Shown: one piece after another, positions 10,007-20,245 of the stretch
Layout: the number at the start of each line of letters is the position of its first letter
Position numbering within the stretch: position 1 is the first letter of the stretch
Virus record (IMG/VR): IMGVR_UViG_3300022562_001814
Span: 32,001-96,000 of that record
Direction: 5' to 3' (one strand)
Length of the DNA stretch: 64,000 bases
Source: a virus
The notes under the pieces: generated by a model
Told to the model about the DNA's origin: nothing
Database searches by the model: none
What the model saw: only the letters and a program-made list of their open reading frames with translations
Program-made: the position numbers and the translations under genes

Positions 10007-11962
10007 ATGCATAAGCGAGCGCAAAAAAGAACACGTCGTAGTAAGTTTTGGGAAGCCGTATATTTGCCCGGAAAGGGTTTAGAATTAATTCATCCAGAAT
10101 TTAGAAAAATTATGGATGATATGCGTAAGACGGATAAATTAATTCGTGATATGGTAGATCCTGTTAAACCGCTTGTAAGATCCATGCGCTCGCATTTACG
10201 TAGAAGAGATTATTTAGGGGCAGCTGTTTATATAGCAGATTTTCATGCACGCATGAGACATGCGATGCATTTTTTAGATAAATTTATTAACAGTATGGTA
10301 TCTGGTGAAAAAGAATTCTTATTAAGAAGATTTAAACATCCTTCAAAAGAAAAACTTTTCCAATATAACCCAAAAGCAACTTTAGAAGATGTTAAAAGAG
10401 CTGAAGAATTATATGGTCAATTATTAAAAGAAGCTGGCATTTTTGATAAAATCAAAGATGTCGGCACATATACATCTGATTTATTTACTAATATGTTTGG
10501 ACCAGAATCTAGCGCTCGTAGATTAATGGAAAAAAGATTTTCATCTTCTTTTCTTAAAGAAATGAAAGAAGCAACTTCCGATTTAGTTAATGCCGCTGAA
10601 GAATTTATGAATAAATTACTAACTTCTTTAGATAAAATGGAATCAGGCGTATCAAATCGTAATGTAGATTTATATAAAGAACATGCAAAAGAGCTTATTA
10701 GTGAATTTAAAAATTTTCATAAATTATATGTTTCCTATGATAAAAAGTTTTTGCAACCATTAAAAGAAAAACAAGCTTTAATGGATGCTGAAACAAGAGC
10801 TGTAGAAGAAGCTGAACAAAACCGCAAACAACAAGAAGAAAATGCAAAATTAGAACAATTAAGACAAAAAGAATTAGCCGAAATTGAAGAAGCCAGACGT
10901 TCTCCATTCGTTACCCCTTATGTTGAATCGCCTGAAAAACCAACATTACAATCAAAACCTATATCTGAATTTAAAGGTCCAGATTATGAAGAACCGACCA
11001 TTGATGAGTGGAAGGCAAAAGAAGAGTGGAAAACCAAACAGGAGCCGAGTACTGAAGAAGAAAAAATGATTGAAGAAATTGGTAATAGAGCGGAAAGATC
11101 TAAAAAATCTTCTTTATTTATTGATAATATTAATAAATTTGCTTCACAAGATAATGTATTTGATCTATTAAATGAAATTATATCTTATTCAGAAAATATA
11201 GAAAATGAAGATCCTGAAATAAGTGACAAGTTATTATCTGTAGCAAATGATATTATTAATACATATAAAACTGCAGGTATTTTTGATTTTTTAAAAGATA
11301 AAACAAAAAATCAACCCGTTGAACCAGAAAAAAAAACAGAAAAATTAGAACAAAAAACTCAACCTAAAAAAGAACGTCCACAAGAATTAACAGAAGAATA
11401 TAAAAATTTATATACTCCCAAAAAACTTGATTTACCTAATGGTAGAGTAGATAAAGCTTATACAGATGTATCTGTATTAAAAAATATTACTCCAAATAAA
11501 ATGAGAATTACATTAGATACAAGTAGACATCTCATAAATATTTTTATTAAACGTTTAAGTGCAGTTAAAAATATTGATAATATAGAACCATTTATTAATT
11601 CATTTGAATTAAATTTAAGTCCTATTTTAAAACAAGCTGTTTACGATGGATGGGTTGTATCAAGTGATAGTGTATCAGATTCATTTAATCCTAGAGACAA
11701 ATATCTTGAAATATATACCAGATTAGATTTATCAAAAATCGATCCAAAACTAATGGGCACCGCAAAATTACATGTTGCCTGTAGATTATCTGCGGATAAA
11801 GAAATACTTACTATTCGTGGTATTAAAAAACATTTTGATATAGTTAATTTAAAATCTGTTGAAGAAATGGAACAAGAGGCGGAGGCGGCCGCAGAAGCAG
11901 AAGAATATGATGAACCCGACTATGGTGACTATAACGATTACACTTCACAATATGATGAATAA
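10007..11962 (+). CDS. Putative internal head protein
   Basis: 651 aa, GAGG RBS. Contains MHKRAQ, LLKEAG, INKFAS and TYKTAG motifs and an acidic Tyr-rich tail. Confidence 0.7.
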   Translation: MHKRAQKRTRRSKFWEAVYLPGKGLELIHPEFRKIMDDMRKTDKLIRDMVDPVKPLVRSMRSHLRRRDYLGAAVYIADFHARMRHAMHFLDKFINSMVSGEKEFLLRRFKHPSKEKLFQYNPKATLEDVKRAEELYGQLLKEAGIFDKIKDVGTYTSDLFTNMFGPESSARRLMEKRFSSSFLKEMKEATSDLVNAAEEFMNKLLTSLDKMESGVSNRNVDLYKEHAKELISEFKNFHKLYVSYDKKFLQPLKEKQALMDAETRAVEEAEQNRKQQEENAKLEQLRQKELAEIEEARRSPFVTPYVESPEKPTLQSKPISEFKGPDYEEPTIDEWKAKEEWKTKQEPSTEEEKMIEEIGNRAERSKKSSLFIDNINKFASQDNVFDLLNEIISYSENIENEDPEISDKLLSVANDIINTYKTAGIFDFLKDKTKNQPVEPEKKTEKLEQKTQPKKERPQELTEEYKNLYTPKKLDLPNGRVDKAYTDVSVLKNITPNKMRITLDTSRHLINIFIKRLSAVKNIDNIEPFINSFELNLSPILKQAVYDGWVVSSDSVSDSFNPRDKYLEIYTRLDLSKIDPKLMGTAKLHVACRLSADKEILTIRGIKKHFDIVNLKSVEEMEQEAEAAAEAEEYDEPDYGDYNDYTSQYDE

Positions 11963-13050
11963 TGTATAAAAAAGCACAAACATCAATTAATTTATCACAT
12001 GATAGGGCTCGCCAAATTTTAAAGGAAGCCTATGTTAAATTGTTTCATAAAGAGCCTTCTGATGGTGAATTGAATTTTGGGTTAGCTACTGCATTTTTTG
12101 AATCAGGATATGGTCGCGCCGGCGCCGCTAATTGGGCTAAACCTGGGCAATTTGCCAGATGGGCTAGAGAAGGATTATATAATTGGGGAGCTTTAGAGAC
12201 TAGCATTGCGGGTCCAGAAAAAACTTTCGCAAAGTTTAAATCGATGGGACTACACCCTGTTAAAAAATTAGGACGTGATGCCGGACGTCCTGTTTATTTT
12301 TATTTATTTCCTAGTGATTTAGAAGCTGCCCAAGCTTTTTTATTATCATGGGGAAGACCTGATACATTAAAGGCAGCAGCTACTGGTTCACCAAAGGCTG
12401 TTGCTGCTTCTATGAAAAACCATGGGTATTATGAAGGATTTTGGGTTCCACCTGGTAATCCACAAAACAAAAAAATACCACCATTTAAAGAGGCTGGTAG
12501 TAAAGAAGAAGCAGAACGTAATAACATTAGAGATTATGCTAAAGCGCTAAATAGACATGTCGCGACAGTTGTACCCAACAATATCCCAACAACAATTGAA
12601 CCAGAATCGCCACCCTCAGATAATTTTTCTATAGCTGGTATTTTAAATAAAATAAAAAACTTACTTTCACAATTTATATTTGCCTCACAAAAAAATAATT
12701 ATTTAATATCTATAGGCTCCTCATCTGATTATTATTCTTCAATGGAGTATGCAAGAATTCTTGCACAAGCTTTAAATGAATATTTAAATGCCAAATCTAA
12801 AATACATACCGATACCAATAATATAGAAATAGAATGTAGTATTAATGGGGATAAAAAAATAGTATTTATGGCAATTAAAGAATTATCGGAAAATTTAGCA
12901 GAAGTTTTTAAATATGCAACAAAACATATTTCTAATATAGAGCCTTTTATTTTGGTAAATGCTGACTTGAAATCTGATTTACCATTATTGCATCCTAAAA
13001 AAGCCGATCTCTATAATAGAATATTTTATCTTAAATCTGTGAGAAAATAA
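11962..13050 (+). CDS. Putative virion-associated peptidoglycan hydrolase (GH73/FlgJ-like lysozyme fold)
   Basis: LATAFFESGYG...YNWGAL...FYLFPSDLEAAQAF...KNHGYY parallels the GH73 pattern AxLESGWG/NLFG/FxxYxS/GYA. Starts MYKKAQ. Confidence 0.6.
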   Translation: MYKKAQTSINLSHDRARQILKEAYVKLFHKEPSDGELNFGLATAFFESGYGRAGAANWAKPGQFARWAREGLYNWGALETSIAGPEKTFAKFKSMGLHPVKKLGRDAGRPVYFYLFPSDLEAAQAFLLSWGRPDTLKAAATGSPKAVAASMKNHGYYEGFWVPPGNPQNKKIPPFKEAGSKEEAERNNIRDYAKALNRHVATVVPNNIPTTIEPESPPSDNFSIAGILNKIKNLLSQFIFASQKNNYLISIGSSSDYYSSMEYARILAQALNEYLNAKSKIHTDTNNIEIECSINGDKKIVFMAIKELSENLAEVFKYATKHISNIEPFILVNADLKSDLPLLHPKKADLYNRIFYLKSVRK

Positions 13051-13385
13051 TGAGTAAATTAGCAGGATTATTACCAAAACTAAAAGGGGAATTAGTGGAA
13101 GTTTCTGTTGGTGATGATTATGAAGATATTGTTTTAAGTGATACTACCAAAAAAGTTAATGGAGTAATTTTTGGAGTTTTAGAAGATATTGTAGATGATT
13201 TTATGATTCTTAATTCTTTATATGTTAATAAAGATGGAGAAATAAAAACCGGAAATATCGTATATATAAATATTTTTCAAATAAAAATATTTACTAAAAT
13301 TAAATCACAAGGCTCATTAAATGATGTCTTATTAAGCTCTGCTCATAGTAGAAGAATAAAACAACTTTTGGGTCTTAATGAATAA
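13050..13385 (+). CDS. Small beta-rich hypothetical protein (possible Sm/SH3-like fold)
   Basis: 111 aa, TAATG coupling to the upstream gene. Confidence 0.6.
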   Translation: MSKLAGLLPKLKGELVEVSVGDDYEDIVLSDTTKKVNGVIFGVLEDIVDDFMILNSLYVNKDGEIKTGNIVYINIFQIKIFTKIKSQGSLNDVLLSSAHSRRIKQLLGLNE

Positions 13386-14076
13386 TATCATAATTAATGC
13401 TAAGATATTTGAAGAACTTTGTGAAATATCTAGTATAGATCTATTTAAAATTGCTATTATTAGAAAAATACCAAAAGGTTATTGGGGTATTTTTTCAGAG
13501 GAAGGAAAATTATTAGGAAAATTCAAAACTAAACGAAAAGCTGTTAAAAGATTAAAGCAAATAGAATATTTTAAAAAACATAAAAAGAAAAAAGCATCTA
13601 TTGAAGGCGATACATATTCGTCTGTTTTAAGAGAGTTAAATGATAAATATCCTGAAAAAATCATTCAACAATTTAAAAAAGTATTTAAAGAAGAATTTGA
13701 TAATGCTTTAATTGAAGGAAAAGAAAATCCAGAAGAAATTGCTTTAGATAGCGCTTTACAATTAATTGATGAATTAGATCGAGAATTATCCAAAACGGCT
13801 TCAGCAATTGAAATGGGAGATCCTATTTATGCGGGCAAATATATAGCTGAAATTATTAAATTTTTAATGAGAAGAATTTCCCCCGAAAGAAGACAAAAAT
13901 CGATTCATGGTCTTAAGAAAAAAATTTATTCATTAAATGAATATGATATTTCAAATAAAAAAATGCCAGCTTCATCAAGTTTGGGGCAAGCAATTTCTTT
14001 AACAAAAAATTTATTAATGATGCATTCTCCACAATATGTTAGGTCGGTGCTTAATAGTGTAGTGGAGCATTTATGA
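13378..14076 (+). CDS. Putative internal head protein
   Basis: 232 aa. Contains LFKIA, KKKAS and LSKTAS motifs and a small basic domain (GKLLGKFKTKRKAVKRLKQIEYFK). Confidence 0.7.
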   Translation: MNNIIINAKIFEELCEISSIDLFKIAIIRKIPKGYWGIFSEEGKLLGKFKTKRKAVKRLKQIEYFKKHKKKKASIEGDTYSSVLRELNDKYPEKIIQQFKKVFKEEFDNALIEGKENPEEIALDSALQLIDELDRELSKTASAIEMGDPIYAGKYIAEIIKFLMRRISPERRQKSIHGLKKKIYSLNEYDISNKKMPASSSLGQAISLTKNLLMMHSPQYVRSVLNSVVEHL

Positions 14077-14834
14077 TTAAAAATTTTCATTTTGTTAGAG
14101 ATCATTTGTGGCGTGGTAGCGCTCCAACACCAGAAGACGTTATAGCTTTACATAAAGAATTGGGCATTCAACATATCATATCTTTAGATGAATTATCCGG
14201 AGAAAATATTTCTAATATATGTAAAAAATTAAATATTAAACAAACTATTATTCCTTTAGATTCTAATCTTCGAAGTGTGAAATATTTATTAAAGCATAAT
14301 ATACATTCATTAATAAATAATGATGTTCCTACATTTGTGCACTGTAGAAGAGGTAAAGATCGTACTGGTTTATTTCTTGCTTTATGTCGTTGTATTTTAG
14401 ACAAATGGGATTGTAAAAAAGCTATTAAAGAGGCAGAAAAATTAGGTTTCGGTACTGGACTAGAATATCCGTTAGAAAAATTTTATATCAAATTAATAAA
14501 ACGTGCCTGCACTCATCATCAAGATGATAATCATCTTGATGATATTAGAAGTAACATAGCAGATTTAAATAGAGAATATCGTGATTATACTTTAGATAGC
14601 TTATATCCATTATCATGGTCTCCTTATACCGATATTTCTACGAGATATTATCCAGGTTCACAAATGTATAAAGAATATCCTGAACAATATGTAACGAGAG
14701 AAGAATATGGTTTAAAAGGTATTAATAATAAGACACAAGATTCTAATATGATTCCACAAGTTGGCATTTATGATGCAAATACTCAAATAACTAATTTTGT
14801 TGGACCAAGTTTGGTTGGGGGCGGATTTGTCTAA
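14073..14834 (+). CDS. Protein tyrosine / dual-specificity phosphatase family protein
   Basis: CX5R P-loop VHCRRGKDRTG, with the N-terminal NFHFV..LWRGSAP typical of DSP/PFA-DSP enzymes. Confidence 0.9.
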   Translation: MIKNFHFVRDHLWRGSAPTPEDVIALHKELGIQHIISLDELSGENISNICKKLNIKQTIIPLDSNLRSVKYLLKHNIHSLINNDVPTFVHCRRGKDRTGLFLALCRCILDKWDCKKAIKEAEKLGFGTGLEYPLEKFYIKLIKRACTHHQDDNHLDDIRSNIADLNREYRDYTLDSLYPLSWSPYTDISTRYYPGSQMYKEYPEQYVTREEYGLKGINNKTQDSNMIPQVGIYDANTQITNFVGPSLVGGGFV

Positions 14835-15459
14835 AAAAAGAACATATGCTTTTATGATGAATTATCAAATTTCTGATAATGAAAAACGTCAAGCCTCACA
14901 ACTAATGCGATGGTTAAATTATTCTATAGAAAAACTTGATCAATGTGATGATCATCTTAATTTAATTTATACACCATTTAAAAAAAATACTCAAATACCA
15001 GTTGATCGTATATTTGAAAATAGATTTTATTTAAGACAGTTTAGAGATAAAATAGTAGAAAATTTTAATAATTTTAAAAAAATCGCTTTTAAATCTTATG
15101 TTTTAATGCAGCATTTTATTTCTGACACTCAAACAGAGAAATTAATTAAATCTTTTGTTGCATCAGTTGAAGATATAGAGGTTCAGGTTAACAGAGTAGT
15201 AGATTTATTTTCAAATTTAAAATCTGATGAATTTCCTCAAGCTATCGTTACTGGTATTGAAAATATTAAAAAAGAAATAGCACAATACAAACAAATTGTG
15301 GATGAAAGAATTTTAACTCATTTACAAAATAACATTTTAGCTAGAAATTGGGTTGATAATATTAGTGATGAGTTACAAGAAAAAGTAGAAAAGAAGTCTC
15401 CATTAGTAATGAGATTAATGGGAGATCGTATGAAAATGTTAAAAGAACCGGAATATTAA
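14797..15459 (+). CDS. Hypothetical helical protein
   Basis: 220 aa ORF. The true start may be TTG 14827 or a later ATG. Confidence 0.7.
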   Translation: MLDQVWLGADLSKKRTYAFMMNYQISDNEKRQASQLMRWLNYSIEKLDQCDDHLNLIYTPFKKNTQIPVDRIFENRFYLRQFRDKIVENFNNFKKIAFKSYVLMQHFISDTQTEKLIKSFVASVEDIEVQVNRVVDLFSNLKSDEFPQAIVTGIENIKKEIAQYKQIVDERILTHLQNNILARNWVDNISDELQEKVEKKSPLVMRLMGDRMKMLKEPEY

Positions 15460-15502
15460 GCAATATCAAAGCATTTATTTGAACAAATATTAACGAGGAT
15501 AT

Positions 15503-15643
15503 ATGATTACCAAATATAGCAACGTAGAAGCGATTAATATTGTAGAGCCAATTGATCTCGTTAATGAAGATACAAAGCGTAAATTAGACAACTTAAAAGA
15601 TTCAAAATCCGATGAGGATTCTGAAATAGACAAAAAAGATTAG
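15503..15643 (+). CDS. Small acidic protein (46 aa, MITKYSNVEAINIVEP...), below the ORF-track cutoff
   Basis: Translated by hand. GAGGA RBS. Fills the gap before the protease gene and its N-terminus resembles MFTKIG/MFIKKS. Confidence 0.6.
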   Translation: MITKYSNVEAINIVEPIDLVNEDTKRKLDNLKDSKSDEDSEIDKKD

Positions 15644-15650
15644 GATATTA

Positions 15651-18600
15651 ATGTTTACTAAAATAGGCGAATTATCAGAAATTAGTTCAAATAATGTTCA
15701 ATCTGTAGAATCGGTATTGGCAGAATTAAATGATACTGATATTAATGAACATTTTAGAAAATTTGCAACTCAATTAAAAAGAATTGCTCCCAAAGCTGAT
15801 GATTTTCTTTATTTTAGCTGTGTAATGATGACTGCCGCTGAAGCTTCAGCTTTAAATTCTGACGGAACCCCCAAATTATCTAAAGATGGTAGTCCTATTA
15901 AAGTTAGTTGGGAAGTATCTCCTTCAGGTTCTTGGAAATGGGTTAGCAATGATCCGTCCATTCAAGCTTATAAAAATCATAATGGTGATATATTTGCTGA
16001 AGCAGAATTATTAAAAGCTTATAAAAAATGGGTTGGAAAGCCTCTTTGTATTGATCATAAATCAGATTCTGTAGATGCTATTAGAGGTATTATATTAGAT
16101 ACTTATTATGATCGTTTAAATAAAAAAGTAATAGCATTATGTGCTTTAGATAAAATATCATATCCAGAATTAGCTCGCGGTATTACTAGTGGTTATAAAA
16201 CCTCAGTATCAATGGGTACGAGAGTTGGTAAGGCTATATGTTATGATTGTGGGCAAGTTGCTACGGCAGAACGTGAATTTTGTCAACATATGCGGTCTAA
16301 ATCTTGTTATGGGGAAATAAATGTTGATTTAGATCCGATAGAACTTTCAATAGTGGTTAATGGAGCTGATCCCCAGGCTAAAATTCGTACAATTTTAGCT
16401 GCAGCTAATGATTTACGTCACAATATTGAAAATAAAGAAGAAGAAATTAATAAACTTTCAACTAACCACGCTTCGGCGTCAAAGTTTAAAGAATTAGAAG
16501 AAGATTTAAAAAAAATATCTGATAAGTTAGCTGATTTAAAAGCGGATTTAGAACAAGAAGATAATGCTTCAGCTAATGATGCTCCTTACGGACAATCAGG
16601 TGATTTAAATATGAAAGAGTCGGATTTACCAAACACTGATCAAAGTTTAAGTTTTCCGGCTAGATTAGCATCTAATAATAATGCATTAATAAGTGAATTG
16701 CAAGATTTGCGAAATTCTGTTAATGCTATGGAAAAGAGTTTAGTTACTTTATCGCATAAAATCAAAGAGGAAATTATGTCTGTTAATTCAAATAATGGTA
16801 TAAACAAAGAAGGTTATTTTCAAGGTGCTGGCGGAGCAAACGAACCCGCCCCTCATCAAGTTAAATATCCAAAAGAACCAATGAATGAACAACTTCGTCA
16901 AACTGGCGATAAACATATGTTAGGCGTTGATAATATGGGTTCAGTTGATAGTATGTTTCCCGGCGATAAAGAAAAGAAAGAATTAGTACAACGCGCTGAA
17001 ATCGAAGAACGCGCTATGCGCCGTGCTGCCGCTCTTCAAAAAGCCAAGGAGAACCTAATGAAATCAAAAGAGGCATATTTCCAGGGCGGCGGAGATGTTA
17101 ATGAGCCCACCCCTGGCAAACCAAAATACACCAAAGATCCTTTGAATGAAAGAGATCGTGAAAAAGAAGATAAACAAATGGTTGGTAAAAAACCATTCCC
17201 AGATGTAGGTGATGTTGAAGATCTCTATCCAGAAGATAAGAAAAAGAAAGAATTACTTCAACGCGCTTCACTTAAAGCTAAATTCGTTAGAGTTGCTGGT
17301 GAAGATGGCGCTCAAGATATGGGGCAAAGCGGATGGCAAGTATCTCGTGATGGTGAAGTATTATTTACAGCCACAGTAGATGAAATTACTGGTGGCAATG
17401 TTGAAGGTTTATATGATGTAGTTGCTAGCAAAGAATTTGCAACTAAACTTTTGGAAAAAGTTTATAAAGTTGGGGCAGATAAAGCTGCTAAACTTTATAA
17501 AGGCGCACAGGCTGTCGCCGATGTTGGTATGCCTCCAGTTGCTGATGCAGGTGGACCCGCTCCGGTTCCCGCTATGGATATGGCTCCAGTAGGTGGAGCA
17601 GGAGTTCCTGCTAATGATTTTGAAGCGGCTCCTGAACACGAAGCTGCTCCCGAAGCAGAAGGTGATCCTAAAGAAGTTGCTCTTAAATTAGCTGAAGAAA
17701 TGCGTGATCGTGCTTCAGATTTATTGGAGGCAGTTAGAGTGTTAACTGGTGAACAAACTGAAATGGGTGAATTAGAAGGTTTAACTGAAAAAGCAGCTTC
17801 TCAAGAATTAAAGCCACTCGTTAAAATGAAGAAAACACTTAATGCTTCACTAATTGTTGGTATGAAACAAGCAATTGCTGAACTTCACGAACACCAAGAA
17901 GAATTGAATCTTATTAGTGATATCCTTGATGAAGGAACACATAATGATTACACAGATACAGTTATTGATGAAGCTATAGTTGATGCAAAACATGCTTTAG
18001 CAGATGTTAGAGATTTAATGTTAGCGTTTGTTAAATATGCTCGTGGTTCTGAACAACTTGTTAAACAAGCTCAATCTTTAGATATGTCAATGGGTGATGA
18101 TATGGCTATGGATGATGATATGTCCGTAGATGATGATATGTCAATGGGTGACGACATGGCTGTGGATGATGATATGGGTATGGATGATGATATGTCGATG
18201 GCTATGGATATGGATAAAGATGATGAAGAATGTGATACAGCTATGGATGATGATATGGCTGAATCCGATGAAAATGAAGTAATGGTTGATGTAGACCCTA
18301 GTTCATTACAAGGCAAAAAAATTGAATTAAAATCAGCTCAACTTAATTCAAAAGAAGCTCGCGCAGAACTTCGTGCAAAATTGGCTGCAGAGGCACTTAA
18401 ATTTTCTCCAATGTTAGATGAAGCTAATAGATTAGCTGATGGACAAACTGAACTTGACGTTAAACCATCTGATAATTTAGGCAGAGTTGAAACATTGCCA
18501 GAACAACACAAAGTTATGCTCGATGTCGCTGAAGCTCCTCCAAAAGTTCGTAAAGGTGCTGCACGTCTAGATACACTTATTAAACAAAAGAAAGTTGCTG

Positions 18601-19043
18601 TTACAGATCTAGATACTCTTGTTGCACAAGGATTAGATTCAGAAGTTGTTAAATACTGGAAACAATTCTATGGCGAAGCTGGTAAAGAGGGTTCCGAATT
18701 TGCTTCAGATCTTCTTAAAGAACATGCCAAAGCTCAAGTTGATGAAGAGGTTAGTAAATTTAAAATTAAAATTTCTCGTGCTTATGAGCTTACCAATGAA
18801 ATGGTACGTCGTGGACTTGTAGCTGATGAACGCGCCGCAATCACTGCTCAAGTTGATGATATGATGTCCTGGAACGACGAGGGTTTTGAGGCTATGAAAC
18901 GCGTTGTTAATAAACATCCATTAAAAAAATCAGCTTCATTTCCTCAAGTAGGTATGATAGGTTCAGGCGAGCCGGTCTCGCAAGTTCAAGAATTTAGTTT
19001 ACAAGATGCTTTAGACCAGGCTTTTGCTAATCGTAGATTCTAA
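15651..19043 (+). CDS. Prohead protease fused to scaffold/core polyprotein
   Basis: N-terminal NGDIF..EL...GKPLCIDH...SVSMG...ELSIVVNGADPQA is an HK97/herpes-assemblin-like protease pattern. It is followed by about 850 aa of coiled-coil and low-complexity scaffold. Confidence 0.82.
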   Translation: MFTKIGELSEISSNNVQSVESVLAELNDTDINEHFRKFATQLKRIAPKADDFLYFSCVMMTAAEASALNSDGTPKLSKDGSPIKVSWEVSPSGSWKWVSNDPSIQAYKNHNGDIFAEAELLKAYKKWVGKPLCIDHKSDSVDAIRGIILDTYYDRLNKKVIALCALDKISYPELARGITSGYKTSVSMGTRVGKAICYDCGQVATAEREFCQHMRSKSCYGEINVDLDPIELSIVVNGADPQAKIRTILAAANDLRHNIENKEEEINKLSTNHASASKFKELEEDLKKISDKLADLKADLEQEDNASANDAPYGQSGDLNMKESDLPNTDQSLSFPARLASNNNALISELQDLRNSVNAMEKSLVTLSHKIKEEIMSVNSNNGINKEGYFQGAGGANEPAPHQVKYPKEPMNEQLRQTGDKHMLGVDNMGSVDSMFPGDKEKKELVQRAEIEERAMRRAAALQKAKENLMKSKEAYFQGGGDVNEPTPGKPKYTKDPLNERDREKEDKQMVGKKPFPDVGDVEDLYPEDKKKKELLQRASLKAKFVRVAGEDGAQDMGQSGWQVSRDGEVLFTATVDEITGGNVEGLYDVVASKEFATKLLEKVYKVGADKAAKLYKGAQAVADVGMPPVADAGGPAPVPAMDMAPVGGAGVPANDFEAAPEHEAAPEAEGDPKEVALKLAEEMRDRASDLLEAVRVLTGEQTEMGELEGLTEKAASQELKPLVKMKKTLNASLIVGMKQAIAELHEHQEELNLISDILDEGTHNDYTDTVIDEAIVDAKHALADVRDLMLAFVKYARGSEQLVKQAQSLDMSMGDDMAMDDDMSVDDDMSMGDDMAVDDDMGMDDDMSMAMDMDKDDEECDTAMDDDMAESDENEVMVDVDPSSLQGKKIELKSAQLNSKEARAELRAKLAAEALKFSPMLDEANRLADGQTELDVKPSDNLGRVETLPEQHKVMLDVAEAPPKVRKGAARLDTLIKQKKVAVTDLDTLVAQGLDSEVVKYWKQFYGEAGKEGSEFASDLLKEHAKAQVDEEVSKFKIKISRAYELTNEMVRRGLVADERAAITAQVDDMMSWNDEGFEAMKRVVNKHPLKKSASFPQVGMIGSGEPVSQVQEFSLQDALDQAFANRRF
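18081..18260 (+). repeat. Degenerate 18-bp coding repeat giving (M-x-M/V-G/D-D-D)n
   Basis: Translation reads DMSMGDDMAMDDDMSVDDDMSMGDDMAVDDDMGMDDDMSM. Confidence 0.85.
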
Positions 19044-19054
19044 TAGGAAATATT

Positions 19055-19657
19055 ATGAAAAATGATGCAAATACAATTGCAGCCTCAATGGATGCGATAT
19101 TACAAGATCCCGACCACAAAAAACTTTTTTCTTCTTCAACTATTCTTGAAAAATTAGCTTTCAAGAGAACTGCAGATGAAGAAGTTTCTACAGAAATAGA
19201 AATTGAATTTGCAGATGAAATGGCAACTTCTCTTGAAACCGAGGCATCAGAAAAAAGTGGCGGGGTTAGTTGCGATTCTAAAAAAGAGGCTATTAAAATG
19301 GGTGATAATTTATTTAAATCGGCTTTTGATGCATTACTTCAGGCTTCGGATGATTTAGAAGAAGCCGGATTTGAAGAATTATCTGTAAATGCATTAATAC
19401 TTGCTAATAGTTTGGTTGTAGAAGCTAAAGCTAAAAAAGATCCAAAAGCTAAAGAAAAAGCGGAGAAAGAAAAAGCTGCTAAAGAAAAAGCTGCTAAAGA
19501 AAAAGCCAAAGCTAAAGCAAAAGCAGAGAAAGAAAAAGCGTTAGCTAAAGCTAAAGCTGAAAAAGAAAAAGCCGCTACAGAAAAAGCTAAAGCTAAGGCT
19601 AAAGCTGAAAAAGAAAAAGCATTAGCCAAGGCAAAAGCTGATAAAAAGAGCAAATAA
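19055..19657 (+). CDS. Protein with acidic N-terminus and Lys/Ala/Glu-rich histone-H1-like C-terminal repeats
   Basis: KAKAKAEKEKALAKAKAEKEK repeats and an LEKLAFKRTAD motif. Confidence 0.75.
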   Translation: MKNDANTIAASMDAILQDPDHKKLFSSSTILEKLAFKRTADEEVSTEIEIEFADEMATSLETEASEKSGGVSCDSKKEAIKMGDNLFKSAFDALLQASDDLEEAGFEELSVNALILANSLVVEAKAKKDPKAKEKAEKEKAAKEKAAKEKAKAKAKAEKEKALAKAKAEKEKAATEKAKAKAKAEKEKALAKAKADKKSK

Positions 19658-20172
19658 TGTTCATTAAAAAATCTTTTGTCGATGAAATTGCCAATGCGAT
19701 GGAATGTCAATTAGTTGACGGCGTTATTAATAAACAGGCTGAAACAGATGTTAAAATTGTTAAAGCAGCTGAATATTTGCACGCCGCGGCAGAAATTTGT
19801 GATGAAAACGGCTTATCAGCTCAAGCCGAAGTAATTACTGCTATTTTAGAATCTTTAGCTGCTAAAAAATCTAAAAAAAAACCTAAAAAAACCCAAAAAC
19901 CAGTAAAATCTAAAAAAACCCCTAAATCCAAAATTAAAAAAGAATTAACCAGTGAAAAAATGGTTAATAATTTAAAAGAAAAGGGCTGGGTTTTTGATGC
20001 TGACGATATGGACCATAATTGTGCTGATGAAAATTGTGCAGTCTGTGGAGATTCTATGTTAGCTGATGATGAAGAAATATATTCAATGTTAAAAGATTTT
20101 AAAAAAGATCTAAATTCTGATTTTGAAGATGAAGATGATTTTGATTTAGAAATTCATAATCCTTACGTCTAA
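19657..20172 (+). CDS. Putative internal head protein with Lys-rich segment
   Basis: Contains INKQAE, KKSKKKPKKTQKPVKSKK, HxC...CxxC and an acidic tail. Confidence 0.7.
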   Translation: MFIKKSFVDEIANAMECQLVDGVINKQAETDVKIVKAAEYLHAAAEICDENGLSAQAEVITAILESLAAKKSKKKPKKTQKPVKSKKTPKSKIKKELTSEKMVNNLKEKGWVFDADDMDHNCADENCAVCGDSMLADDEEIYSMLKDFKKDLNSDFEDEDDFDLEIHNPYV

Positions 20173-20245
20173 AATTTTGCATAAATTTTTTATGCTTGAT
20201 ATATATCTTAATAAGATTGAATAATTTATACAAAAGGCGGATACC

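Noticed and set aside
19339-19710. Hydrophobic minus-strand ORF resembling a membrane protein
   Set aside because: It is the antisense shadow of the Lys/Ala/Glu repeat gene.
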